Below are positions 38,854-48,674 of a stretch of DNA of 64,000 bases, one piece after another. The translations under genes were made by a program, and so were the position numbers. Origin of the DNA: a virus. Location of the stretch: positions 2,763 to 66,762 of the IMG/VR virus record IMGVR_UViG_3300026132_000002. One strand, given 5' to 3'. Position 1 is the first letter of the stretch. Each line of letters opens with the position of its first letter. The notes under the pieces were generated by a model. It saw nothing but the letters and a program-made list of their open reading frames with translations. It made no database searches and was not told the origin of the DNA.

Positions 38854-39891
38854 TTAGTTAGCAGAGTCGGAGACGAAGAGCTTACGCACTTCAGGCTTCT
38901 GAGCAGCAAGCTCTGCTTCGAAAGTAGACTTGGCAAGGTTGCCCTTTTCAACAGCCCGCCAGCGACTAATAAGACGACGTGCGGCAAAGGCACTGTCTTC
39001 CGTAATCTCACCCTTGGTCAGAGCCACTGTTACGCGCTCGGCGCAAGTAGCAACATCTTCGGGTGTGGTCTTCACGGAAGGCGGCTTAGGATTAGCCGAG
39101 GAAAGGTTCATCACCACTTCCTGAAGCTCGTTCAACCGAGTCTGAGCAGCGGTAAGCTGTGCTGCCAAGGCATCTGCCTTCTGCACGTCCTTCTTGTCCT
39201 CGTCATCGTCCTCGTCTTCATCCTTATCCTTGTCGGAACCCTTGGCTCCGGGCTTATCGGAAAACTTTCCGGACGAATCATGGGAGTCGTTAGCCTTCTC
39301 CAAGTCAGCCTCAGCCTTCTGAACAGCTTCATAACGCTCGATGAGTTCATCGGAAACGTCGCCGTCCAACTGTGCCTTGTGGAACTCCAGCTTAGTGCGG
39401 GCGCGCTCAACGGCCAGTTCAGCCTTTTCAAGGTCGCCTTCTTCAGCAGTGCCTGCTTCGATAGCAGCTTCTACACGGCCTACATTACGAAGGGCCTTTT
39501 CCACTTCCTTGGCGGCGGCCTTTACCGGATCACCTGCCTTCTGGACGTGCGCCTTGACAAGAATGCCAACCGCATTACGAATCTCACCCAAGCTCTCTTC
39601 TACAGCGTCAACCTGAGACTTCATGGCCTCAAAACGCTTGTCAAAGAGCTTCGTGAAGAACTCCGCGTATTCCTTATGAATACCCTGCTGAGGCGCTTCC
39701 TGAGAATACTCTGCGTACATCTTGTCTACATTGCCACCGCGAGCACCCTCATCGGGGCCGGTCTTGATTTCGTCCTCCGGCGGGATATCATGAATGTTAT
39801 CCCAAAGATCACGAATCTTCGGATCAGCCTTGCACAGGGCGTCAAACGCCTCGACAAATGCGCGGAGAGGGGTTTCCGTCTTGGTAGCCAT
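38854..39891 (-). CDS. Capsid scaffolding protein
   Basis: Acidic coiled coil between protease and capsid genes; GAGG RBS before MATKTE. Confidence 0.7.
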   Translation of the reverse strand: MATKTETPLRAFVEAFDALCKADPKIRDLWDNIHDIPPEDEIKTGPDEGARGGNVDKMYAEYSQEAPQQGIHKEYAEFFTKLFDKRFEAMKSQVDAVEESLGEIRNAVGILVKAHVQKAGDPVKAAAKEVEKALRNVGRVEAAIEAGTAEEGDLEKAELAVERARTKLEFHKAQLDGDVSDELIERYEAVQKAEADLEKANDSHDSSGKFSDKPGAKGSDKDKDEDEDDDEDKKDVQKADALAAQLTAAQTRLNELQEVVMNLSSANPKPPSVKTTPEDVATCAERVTVALTKGEITEDSAFAARRLISRWRAVEKGNLAKSTFEAELAAQKPEVRKLFVSDSAN

Positions 39892-39994
39892 TAACCAATA
39901 CCTCTTTTGATAAACAAACTCACAACCCCTAGCAGGGCTGTGAATAGATAAACTCATGCACAATCGTAAGGTATATGTATTACCTCACCAAAAA

Positions 39995-40840
39995 TTACCG
40001 CATGCGGTTACTCTTTTCCCGACGGCGACGAAGTGTATGCATGAGAGCGGCGGAAAGAAGCTCTGCATGACCCCGGGGAACCCCATGACACATTTCATAG
40101 TGATCTTGGAATGTCTGACGGTTCATCTTGTGGCCGTTATCGGTAAACGGACAGTCATGCTTTATGTGTGTCTCGTAGTCTCCAACCATGTCTGACGTAT
40201 TGCGAGGGGCAGACATGGACGGAGAATACATGGGCACGTCTTCTCCAAACGACTTCAACTGGTCGATATAAGCCTTGGCGGTCACTACATATGCCGAACC
40301 CGTAATAGCATCATTCACAGGGCGGCGCGTGAATGCCAAGGAACGCCACGAAATGGACTTGACCAGATAACGAGGAACATCGGGGGTTCCTTCATCCACC
40401 TCGGTAGCGAACCCATAGATGGAAGCGCGCCACTTGATAGGGGGGTCACTGTGAAGAGACGCCCAGAAGGTTTCTGCCATGTCAGCAGATTTCATGGCGC
40501 GCTTGTCTGTAGCGCGAATAATCTCTCCCACTACTTCCGTGCGCCCATTTCCGATATCATTGACTTCCGTAGGGTAGCCCACTACATAGGAAATAGGATC
40601 ACTGATCCCTACACGCTTGGCAACAGCTACTTCTCCCAGATGGTCAATATCAAGATGACCATGCTGCAGGAAGTAATCAGAAGCCTTCAGCAGAGCGTCC
40701 TGAAGAATGCGGTCTCCTTCCTTATCAGTAGTCTCGTTGGAAGCTTCCACGGCTACCAGACGGCGCCCATCTTCTCCTTCCGACTTGTGAAGCTCAATGG
40801 GCATATCAATCATGATTGCCCGTTCGAAGTTGTCAGCCAT
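39995..40840 (-). CDS. Prohead protease
   Basis: EASNETTDKEGDRI, GHLDIDH, VGYP, ASIYG, LAFTRRPVN. Confidence 0.85.
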   Translation of the reverse strand: MADNFERAIMIDMPIELHKSEGEDGRRLVAVEASNETTDKEGDRILQDALLKASDYFLQHGHLDIDHLGEVAVAKRVGISDPISYVVGYPTEVNDIGNGRTEVVGEIIRATDKRAMKSADMAETFWASLHSDPPIKWRASIYGFATEVDEGTPDVPRYLVKSISWRSLAFTRRPVNDAITGSAYVVTAKAYIDQLKSFGEDVPMYSPSMSAPRNTSDMVGDYETHIKHDCPFTDNGHKMNRQTFQDHYEMCHGVPRGHAELLSAALMHTLRRRREKSNRMR

Positions 40841-40842
40841 GC

Positions 40843-41310
40843 TTAACTCCCGTGTGCCGCCTTGTATACGTCGCTGTCTTTTCCAACATGCACCCCATAC
40901 TTCTTGGCTGCACGAAGAATGCGCTCTGCCACAACTTTCTTGGGGTCTCCGAATTTGTGCCCATGACCACCGAAGTAACTCACTGCCGCATGAATATGCT
41001 TCTTATCAATGGGGTAGGAGTAAGGAGTGGTCCCACGATCAGCGTATTCACTGGCCTTGGTAGGGTAGCCTTTGGTGCCCGGAATCTTTTCGTCTTTCTT
41101 TTCCAAAGGAAGGAAAGTAACAGTGATTTCACCCTTCTCAACTTCTACCGGAAAGCGGGCTACAACCTGCTTATATTCGCTCTTTACAACCACTTCCTCT
41201 AAATGAGTGGCCTTATAATTGTCCTTGTACGCAAAGATAGCAACGCTATCAAACCCCGGTGCGGGGGAGACCGCGTAATTTCCTTTGCACACAACTGTAG
41301 GCTTAGTCAT
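40843..41310 (-). CDS. Head-module protein (DUF6582-like C-terminal domain)
   Basis: YSYPIDKKHIHAAVSYF...RILRAAKKYGV. Confidence 0.6.
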   Translation of the reverse strand: MTKPTVVCKGNYAVSPAPGFDSVAIFAYKDNYKATHLEEVVVKSEYKQVVARFPVEVEKGEITVTFLPLEKKDEKIPGTKGYPTKASEYADRGTTPYSYPIDKKHIHAAVSYFGGHGHKFGDPKKVVAERILRAAKKYGVHVGKDSDVYKAAHGS

Positions 41311-44293
41311 TCTCTATCCCATTGTAGTATTCTGTGGGTGAGTCATAGGAAACATTGATCTTTTCCGGATCAACAGTTCCCAAATCTTTATTCAAGAGCG
41401 AATGAAGCACATCCGCTATTTCATCAGAGTGGTCGCCATACATCCACTCAATGGGAAGAAGCGTACCAACTCCACTTGCTTTGATTCTAGCGGCCTGAGT
41501 ACCAAGGTCAAAACATACAGGCCACAAACCTGCAGCATAAGCCTCAGTCAGCGTGTACATATGTGTCTCAGGATAAGTAGACAACAAGAGTGCCAACTTG
41601 CAATTGGTCTTGTGGGCACGCTCAATCACTTCATCCATACTCTTGTAAGTGCCTGTGTCCACAAGCTTCCTGCTGCGAGGAACCTCTTCTCCGGCACTGC
41701 CAATCAGGATGAAGGTCGTAGAAGTCTTGGGAATTACCTCCGACAATAGGCGAGACCCCTTATGCGGTCCTATGGAGCCAATCAAGGCAATGTTCTTGCC
41801 TGTGGGGGCTTTAGGCTTTTCAATGTGGGTCTTATGTTGACGCACATAGATCGGCTTATCGAGCTTCAACACATCAGAAATGGGAGTAGCTGCCGCTCCA
41901 GAAGGTGCCCACAAAGTCCGTGCCCCTTCCAGCAGCTTCTTATAAGTGTTGCGATGATTCTCGATATCCACGAATCCGAACGCCGAACCCCGACCAATAC
42001 ATTTGTTGCATTCCTCCGGAGCAGGCAACCCACAATAGCGCATATCCCGATCCGGATCAGCGTCTCGATGTAAAAGGAATATCTGCGGGCAGATACTAAT
42101 GTAGTCGTGTAGCATCACATCGTAAGGAATGCCTTCCAGAGCTTCCATAAGGAAATTCGGGAAGGTATTGTCGTACCCGTATGTGGTGTGGATTTGCACG
42201 GATTCCACGCCCAAGATAGCAAGCGTTTCCTTGAACCGCTGCAAATCAGAGTACAAGGTCAGATCAAAAGGCCGGATATTATCGTATTTGCTATCCCGGG
42301 AGCACAGCACCGCTTGTCTCGCTCCTTCGTTCCTGAGAATATAAGACTTGTACCCTTCCTTTTCATAGTCCCTAGACACCTCCTTGACGTGGGTTTCCAT
42401 ACCACCCCCAAAGGTATGACTTGTGTAAAGGATCGACTTCCCCCCTTTCAGAAGTTCCAACTCTACCGCTTCCCGCAACCGGCGCATGGGGTCTTGGGTC
42501 AAGATAGAAACTATCATCTGCCGATAACGAGGGTAACGAAGAGCCATGCGCTGTTCAGCTACTTGCTGAAGTTTCTGGGCTTCTTCCCCAAAGGAAACAC
42601 TGCCAGCATGATGGACATACACGGAGCTTGTGAGCACGTGGTGGTAGCCGTGATCCAACGTCCATGAAGCCCAATCGTTTTCTTCCCCGTACCCTCGGTT
42701 GTAGCCATGTTCGTCAAAGAGACCACATTTGGCAAGCACCGAACGCGACAGGTACATACAGAACCCTACCGGAGTAGGGGTATACATGATTTCGTTCGTC
42801 TTGGAAGCGGCTTTGTCAACCTGTTCATGCGTAGCTTGTGTTGCACTACGGAAGGTACAGATTGAAGCATTGCTTCCAAGCGGGGTCACGGAAGCAATCC
42901 GCTTATTAGACTTCGCTACTTTATGCAGCCGGTCAATCCAATCCCCAAACACCTCCGTGTCACTATTCAGGGTAATCACCGGACCCGGAGTCAACTGAAT
43001 AGCATTATTCACCGACTTGGTATACCCAAGGTTCTTGTTATTCTCATGCAGGGAAACCTGCACATACCCTTCATAGGTCGGGCATTCGTTGTCCTTTACG
43101 AACTGGCGCAGCATTTCGTGCATAGCCGGTTCAGGAGACGCGTCATTGACAATAAGCAATTTAGTTTTTGCGACGTTGTGCGGAAGGGACGCGACCACTG
43201 ACTCCAGACAACGCTTGGTTGTCTCCACCCCCTTATAGCAGGGGACAATTACCGTAACGTGGCTTCTTTCCACAGGATCGATACGGTGGGGTTTTGCACC
43301 TAATACCTCCATAATCTCATCCAGATGGTCAGAGATTATGTAGTGATAACGCACATGCGCCTGAAGCTTCTTGCCTTCATTCTTAGCTTCCTTGCGGTGC
43401 ACCATATAGTGGCGAATCTGATTCAGGAAATCCTCTTCATCCTTGGCCTTGAAGACATGAGGAAAGTCCTTGTAAGGGCCGAAATCCGACGCCAGCACCG
43501 GAAACCCACAAGCCCCATATTCCTTGAGTCGAAGATCAGACTTGCAACGATTGAAGGTAGATGCCTCTAGGGGCGCTACCATCAAATCAACATCCAAGTT
43601 TGCCAGATTCTGCCCATACTGGTTGTAAGGAGTGGGCTTTATAAGCTTGACATTCGCTTCCGAAGGAAACTGGAACCCCGGATTATCGAAGATGAAATGC
43701 CACTCAACGGAATCCCCAAGTTCGCGCATGGCCGGGAAAAGGAGACGCAAGTCTCCCTCATGGGCAATACCCCCTGCAAAGCCAATACGGAACTTGCGAT
43801 CCTTGGTAGGCTCTCCCCGATTGATTAAGCACCATGAGTCCGGAAGATAATTGGGGCGCACCTTGATGGGAGTGCCCTTGACATGCGGGCGAAGCTCATC
43901 AGCGAGCGCCTGTGTGGAAACCGAGAAGGTGTCCACAGAAGAAGACAAACGCTTCAAACGCTTCAGGAAATCCTTCGGGGTTACATGGGCATGCGGACTC
44001 CACGAAGGAGTCTTGTGGACTGCATCATCCAGATCATAGACAATATGAGCACCGGCTTTCTTGTACTGCCTCAGCACTTCGATCTGGTGATCGTAATATT
44101 GGCGCTGTACTACTACAATCTCGGGGTTGAGACCTTTGAACCCTTCTTGAGTCAAGAGCTTGTTTGTTACCCGACAATTGGCGTAGCCGTGCTGATGCAA
44201 AGCCTGAGCGACGGAGTGGATGCGGTAAATTCCGCATCCTCCGTTGTCCGCGTTATGAAGAAGAATAAGCGGGGCGTAACTGATCTGTTTCAC
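41303..44293 (-). CDS. Multidomain glycosyltransferase (GT-B + GT2 + GT-B)
   Basis: N: GCGIYR, VYDLDD, IGFAGG..H..DL, APL...FNRCKS.LRL.EYG; middle: VIVPCY, NDASP, LNSDT, GYGEEND; C: GGGMETHV, LHDY..ICP, HKG, PETHMYTLTEA. Confidence 0.92.
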   Translation of the reverse strand: MKQISYAPLILLHNADNGGCGIYRIHSVAQALHQHGYANCRVTNKLLTQEGFKGLNPEIVVVQRQYYDHQIEVLRQYKKAGAHIVYDLDDAVHKTPSWSPHAHVTPKDFLKRLKRLSSSVDTFSVSTQALADELRPHVKGTPIKVRPNYLPDSWCLINRGEPTKDRKFRIGFAGGIAHEGDLRLLFPAMRELGDSVEWHFIFDNPGFQFPSEANVKLIKPTPYNQYGQNLANLDVDLMVAPLEASTFNRCKSDLRLKEYGACGFPVLASDFGPYKDFPHVFKAKDEEDFLNQIRHYMVHRKEAKNEGKKLQAHVRYHYIISDHLDEIMEVLGAKPHRIDPVERSHVTVIVPCYKGVETTKRCLESVVASLPHNVAKTKLLIVNDASPEPAMHEMLRQFVKDNECPTYEGYVQVSLHENNKNLGYTKSVNNAIQLTPGPVITLNSDTEVFGDWIDRLHKVAKSNKRIASVTPLGSNASICTFRSATQATHEQVDKAASKTNEIMYTPTPVGFCMYLSRSVLAKCGLFDEHGYNRGYGEENDWASWTLDHGYHHVLTSSVYVHHAGSVSFGEEAQKLQQVAEQRMALRYPRYRQMIVSILTQDPMRRLREAVELELLKGGKSILYTSHTFGGGMETHVKEVSRDYEKEGYKSYILRNEGARQAVLCSRDSKYDNIRPFDLTLYSDLQRFKETLAILGVESVQIHTTYGYDNTFPNFLMEALEGIPYDVMLHDYISICPQIFLLHRDADPDRDMRYCGLPAPEECNKCIGRGSAFGFVDIENHRNTYKKLLEGARTLWAPSGAAATPISDVLKLDKPIYVRQHKTHIEKPKAPTGKNIALIGSIGPHKGSRLLSEVIPKTSTTFILIGSAGEEVPRSRKLVDTGTYKSMDEVIERAHKTNCKLALLLSTYPETHMYTLTEAYAAGLWPVCFDLGTQAARIKASGVGTLLPIEWMYGDHSDEIADVLHSLLNKDLGTVDPEKINVSYDSPTEYYNGIEND

Positions 44294-44316
44294 GTGAATC
44301 CCTCCGTGGATTCTAA

Positions 44317-46020
44317 TTACTGGACTTTCCCTTTTTCACGGGCGCTATCCCTGCGCGTTCCACTTGTATGACCATGATGCTCACTAGCTACAGGGTCCTG
44401 AGTAGAGTTAAAAGGGGCACCTTCCACTTTTTCCTGTTCCACACTCGTCTTGAGCAACGTGGAAACAATCGTGGCATAAAGGGAAGTAAGACCCGGGTCA
44501 ACCGGAGCCATTCCAAACAAGCGAGCTACCTGCTTCTCTTCCTCAGTAGCTCCTTTGGGCAGTGATTCTTCCCATGTCGGGAAATCCGCAGCAGAACGCC
44601 GGTCATCCACCGTCATGGCAAGACGACGAGCGTCATACTCACGGGCATCCTCCCGAGGGGATTTGCCAGAGAAGACAAATTGCAATGAAGGATAACGAGT
44701 GGAGAGAATGTAGTTGTTGATCACCGTTTCCAAGTGCTGCAGAAGCACCAGAAGACCGGGGTCATCCTGATCAATCCACTCGGGCGGCTGATCAGGCTTC
44801 TCATCCCCACGGGATGTTCCCGAAATATGATAGCCGAACCTATGAACCGGGAACTGGTAAGTAAGGCACAAAGCACCTACCAGCATATTGATCCACTCGC
44901 GGAAGAAAGCATCCTGTCCCTTGATGCGGGAAAGGTCTACAAACTCAATAGAGCCATCTGCAGGAGCACGCATGACGGGCATGATCCAACTCTTGGAAAC
45001 ACCCTTTTTCATGTTCGTCCACAAACGCTGCATTACATTCAGCACTTTCTGGGTAAAGCCACCCTTTAGTACCAGAATGCCGGGAGGGATGGTATTCTTC
45101 TTGAAGATATCAAGATTCATTTCCATCGCATCCGAGTAGCCCAGAACCAACTTCTCAGCTATCTCGATTTCCGAAAGGCCATAGCCGTAGACATCCGGGT
45201 CTAAGCGCGGATTGCGGGTGTACCATACCAACTGGTAACGAGTAAAGGTTTCCTCTACACGCTGATTGTCCCCATAAGCAACAGCGAAAATTCGCTTATT
45301 GCCTTTATAACCAGTGTCCGGGTCGGTAAGACGTATGCAACCTGCATCCAGCGGCGCAAATGTCTTTACCTTACCTTCGGTATCCGTATCCGTCCAGATA
45401 GCAATACCATCATAAGTGAGTGTGTTACGCACCAAGGCCGCGAGCATGGTGTCGAAATTCTTCAGATTGTGGTATTCACGCTCACGAATGTTGCCTTCTT
45501 CAATCGTGCCCCGAAGAATGAATTGCTCAGCTTCACGAATAAGCCTTTTGTCTTCGTTCGTGGGAGTCTTGTTAGCATCCTTCAACTCAATGCGCCAACC
45601 CGGCTTCCAGATATGCGTGGAAATACGGGAATACCGAAGCACGTCCGCCACGCGCATACCAATGATAAGCTGCGGGGCAATATGCTTCTTGACCAGTTGC
45701 TTGAGCCGACTCGGAGAGAACCCGGGCCATTCCAGAACACCATCCTGCAATGTAGGACGTACAGTTCCGGCCTGTTTTACCCCTCCTGTAAGTTCCGGCA
45801 CTTCCGGAAGTGACTTCGCCATTTCCACAGTCATGGCTGTGACATACTTCTCAAGCGTGATCGTGTCCAAAGACTTGTTGAGAATGGCCGTCTCAATATT
45901 AGTGGGAAGGCCAATACCCCCCATCTGATTGCCATGCTCGTCACGCCCGCTCTCGTCATAGCCGAAGAACGAGGAAAATACATCTTCTCCCGTGAAATCA
46001 GTAGTGTCTCGATTACTCAT
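44317..46020 (-). CDS. Portal protein
   Basis: RNTLTYD, PLDAGCIR, RNPR...YGYGLSEIE, F.KN.IPPGIL, PGL..LL; directly after terminase. Confidence 0.9.
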   Translation of the reverse strand: MSNRDTTDFTGEDVFSSFFGYDESGRDEHGNQMGGIGLPTNIETAILNKSLDTITLEKYVTAMTVEMAKSLPEVPELTGGVKQAGTVRPTLQDGVLEWPGFSPSRLKQLVKKHIAPQLIIGMRVADVLRYSRISTHIWKPGWRIELKDANKTPTNEDKRLIREAEQFILRGTIEEGNIREREYHNLKNFDTMLAALVRNTLTYDGIAIWTDTDTEGKVKTFAPLDAGCIRLTDPDTGYKGNKRIFAVAYGDNQRVEETFTRYQLVWYTRNPRLDPDVYGYGLSEIEIAEKLVLGYSDAMEMNLDIFKKNTIPPGILVLKGGFTQKVLNVMQRLWTNMKKGVSKSWIMPVMRAPADGSIEFVDLSRIKGQDAFFREWINMLVGALCLTYQFPVHRFGYHISGTSRGDEKPDQPPEWIDQDDPGLLVLLQHLETVINNYILSTRYPSLQFVFSGKSPREDAREYDARRLAMTVDDRRSAADFPTWEESLPKGATEEEKQVARLFGMAPVDPGLTSLYATIVSTLLKTSVEQEKVEGAPFNSTQDPVASEHHGHTSGTRRDSAREKGKVQ

Positions 46021-47110
46021 TCTCTTCCAGTCCCATGTAAAGTAGGGCCATTTCGTCGTCCTCTTCCGAGTCAAAGAACTCACAGGAATTGAGGGCGAAT
46101 GTAGTCATCTTGTGCATCTGACAGTATTTGCGTTCCTTGCTGAAGTAACGACAATACTCACAGCACTCACCGTAGGGGTTGGTGCTCTCCATCTTTTCCA
46201 AGGCTCCAATAGCCGCTTGAGGGGTAGAAGGAGCCTCAAATGCCGGAGTTGCTTCAATGTTATCGGGAAGGGCACCTGTATTCGCAATTCGCAAGATAGC
46301 CCAATTGACCAGATGCACGAAGGCGTCTACTTGGTCATCACGTCCACCTGTCAATCCACTGAAATTCTTCAGTTCCTGAATCATATTAGATATAGTAGGG
46401 TCCAATTCCATTTCATCGGTCCCTACTCCACGCGCAGGAAACATCACGCGCCCCTGTCGCATCCATCCCTGTGCGGACCCGGCTGACGTACCAATCAAAG
46501 CCCGTGCGCGCTTGCCAAGTTTGCTTTCAGGCACTCCCTCTACCGGCAATCCCTCCTTCTTCAGATTCTGCAGAATAGGCTCTCCACTGGCCTTCTTCTC
46601 GATAAGAATGTAGTTGGGATGCCACAAAGCAGCCTGTGCCTTGGCATATTCTTCCAGATCACCAAAGTCAAGCCGCATTACGAAGGCATCCAGAATAAGA
46701 ATGTCATAATGAAGATCAACCTTCTCTTCACTGAAATGACTACGCTCACAGGGGGCTAATAAAGCTGTAATGCAAGCTGAGGGGTCACGACGATCATCTG
46801 CACTGAAAGCCGTATCCCAACTCTGCACAATGATTTCCCCGCGTGTGGAAAGGAATTTGTGGCACGCAGAATACCCCAAGGCTCGATGAACAGGCTCTTG
46901 GTAGAAGTGGAAATCCTCTTCCAAGAAGATATCCCCCTGCAAACGACCGGGGTCACACTGATAGGTAGCTTCGGCAACTGCAGGCTGGTTGCGTTTCGCT
47001 GATAGATACTCTGATCGCTTACCCTCCTGCGTAGGCCAATAGAAAGCCCCCATCCGATATTCGGAGCATCCCCGGTCTATGCCGTAGTAGAGTTTGCGAA
47101 TACGAGCCAT
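46013..47110 (-). CDS. terL: Terminase large subunit, C-terminal nuclease half
   Basis: FYWP, YQCDP, VQSWDTA, DPSA, LIEKKASG, K.ARA, RDDQVDAF. Confidence 0.9.
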   Translation of the reverse strand: MARIRKLYYGIDRGCSEYRMGAFYWPTQEGKRSEYLSAKRNQPAVAEATYQCDPGRLQGDIFLEEDFHFYQEPVHRALGYSACHKFLSTRGEIIVQSWDTAFSADDRRDPSACITALLAPCERSHFSEEKVDLHYDILILDAFVMRLDFGDLEEYAKAQAALWHPNYILIEKKASGEPILQNLKKEGLPVEGVPESKLGKRARALIGTSAGSAQGWMRQGRVMFPARGVGTDEMELDPTISNMIQELKNFSGLTGGRDDQVDAFVHLVNWAILRIANTGALPDNIEATPAFEAPSTPQAAIGALEKMESTNPYGECCEYCRYFSKERKYCQMHKMTTFALNSCEFFDSEEDDEMALLYMGLEENE

Positions 47111-47724
47111 TAGAGCACGGAATCCATTGTCTGGTACACCAGCATAGCCAAATCATGGGGAGCCACTAACTTGGGGGTGTGGAGTTCATTTACTTCTTCA
47201 TTGACTGTGACAACATTAGCAATGGAAATATTCCCCATAGAAGCATGTGAGCAAATATTGTAAAAATCCATTGCCTGATTCATCCACAGTTTGTAGCCCT
47301 GTTCTATAGGCAGCCCGTGTTCACTATGTAAACGCAGTGAAGTGGTAGAAGGCTTAGCATAGACATAGACAAGATTGACCTGAGTCAGACCCAAAAGCAT
47401 TGCTGCAGTTACCCAAACAGGTAGGGTACGCGCCATGAGGGGGTCACAAATTCCCAGAGGCTCTGACTTGTTCAGGAGAGATAAGGTCTTCAGAGCTTTT
47501 TCTACAAACTCCTTCATCCACGGAGAAGCAGTAGACAAGGAAGCAAAGGATGACCACGACATACCAAGCTTATTGTAGATGTTGCGGTTTAGCTGCTGCA
47601 CCGGGACTGTCACATCCTTGGAAAGGGAAGGAAATGACACCCCACCCTCAATCATGGTTCCCCGGTATTTATCCAGCTTGGCTCCTGCAATCCCTGTCAG
47701 GATAAAAAGCTGTGTGTTAATCAT
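47110..47724 (-). CDS. Degenerate sulfotransferase-fold protein between the terminase halves
   Basis: QQLNRNIYNKLGMSW, GICDPLMARTLPVW (cf. KDPR..RLLP.W), YVYAKP..TSL, GYKLW; the RSGTS PAPS loop is replaced by IAGAK. Confidence 0.6.
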   Translation of the reverse strand: MINTQLFILTGIAGAKLDKYRGTMIEGGVSFPSLSKDVTVPVQQLNRNIYNKLGMSWSSFASLSTASPWMKEFVEKALKTLSLLNKSEPLGICDPLMARTLPVWVTAAMLLGLTQVNLVYVYAKPSTTSLRLHSEHGLPIEQGYKLWMNQAMDFYNICSHASMGNISIANVVTVNEEVNELHTPKLVAPHDLAMLVYQTMDSVL

Positions 47725-48637
47725 CTTCGTCCTCCGTAGTAAAGAGTTTTGAAATATCTACATCATCGGAATCCCCCAATTCAGAGAAGACACATTCCAG
47801 ATTGTCCGGAACTTGTACATCCCACCACAGGTATTTATCCGAGTCCTTGCGCTCATTGGGAAGGGTGAGCACTACCCAATCATCTTCACTGGTCTTCAAG
47901 TGGCCATACAGATCATCCAAATCCCATCGACGCCCTACCACGATGAGACGCGCACCTGCCGGGTCCTGACGACCAATCAAGTCCGAGTAATATTTGCGGA
48001 TCACCGCGTCACGCATATGCTTGGTGGAAGAGTTCTCCCACGTATGCAAGTCGTCCATGATCAAGGTAGAGCCATGCTTACCCGGCAACGTTCGTGAAGT
48101 CAGACCTGCAGCATAATAAGAGGCGTCCGGAAGACCCTTCGGGCGTCCCGTGACATAAACCCCCCGTGAAGAAGACCATCCTGCTTCCTTGTCCGGTTTG
48201 CGTGTGGGGAAGAACAGGTTGTACACGTCTGAGTCAATAAGCTCCATCGTGCCGTGAACAAAGTCTTCAGCCAGTTTTTCGGCTCCTGAAATGCACAACA
48301 CACGCTCTTTGGGGTTGTGCCCCAACAGCCACGCCGGGTAAGTAACAGAGATTAGCTGACTCTTACCACAGCCCGGGCCTACATTGATCATCAAATGCTT
48401 AATGCGAGTATCGACCAAACCCAAAATAATGGCGTACAAATGCGGGGGAAGTTCCCACTCCGGGTAGTTGGCCCGGTAAAAGGAAGCCAACCCCAGAGCG
48501 GTGCGCCCCCTGATCTGGGTTAGGAGCCTTTCTTCTTTTTCTCGTTGGTGCGCAGCGATGACATGCTCATGAAAACGGTGCTTTTCCGTTTCATCCATAG
48601 GCGCATCTGCTTCACCAAATAACCGCTTTTTCTGCAT
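47717..48637 (-). CDS. terL: Terminase large subunit, N-terminal ATPase half
   Basis: LMINVGPGCGKS Walker A, YPAW.LG.NP, LIMDDLH Walker B, VVGRRW..DDLYG. Confidence 0.92.
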   Translation of the reverse strand: MQKKRLFGEADAPMDETEKHRFHEHVIAAHQREKEERLLTQIRGRTALGLASFYRANYPEWELPPHLYAIILGLVDTRIKHLMINVGPGCGKSQLISVTYPAWLLGHNPKERVLCISGAEKLAEDFVHGTMELIDSDVYNLFFPTRKPDKEAGWSSSRGVYVTGRPKGLPDASYYAAGLTSRTLPGKHGSTLIMDDLHTWENSSTKHMRDAVIRKYYSDLIGRQDPAGARLIVVGRRWDLDDLYGHLKTSEDDWVVLTLPNERKDSDKYLWWDVQVPDNLECVFSELGDSDDVDISKLFTTEDEDD

Positions 48638-48661
48638 CCTTACTGATTGGGTGTTCTACTG

Positions 48662-48674
48662 TGGTAGAATACCA
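48662..48674. promoter_or_regulatory. Palindromic divergent extended -10 element
   Basis: TGGTAGAATACCA reads TGgTAGAAT on + and TGgTATTCT on -, in the 64-bp gap between divergent terL and lysozyme. Confidence 0.5.

Noticed and set aside
37163-38857. 564-aa + strand ORF antisense to the capsid gene
   Set aside because: Mirrors the capsid ORF in the antisense register; expected from strong codon bias; no motifs or RBS
47110-47724. Group I intron with homing endonuclease interrupting terL
   Set aside because: No flanking non-coding sequence for a ribozyme core and no HNH, GIY-YIG or LAGLIDADG motif; not formally excluded without a covariance search
47717-47794. Terminase N-half tail CVFSE...ISKLF loosely resembling a short split-intein N-fragment
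   Set aside because: The nuclease half has no IntC segment or His-Asn/Cys junction, so trans-splicing is unsupported
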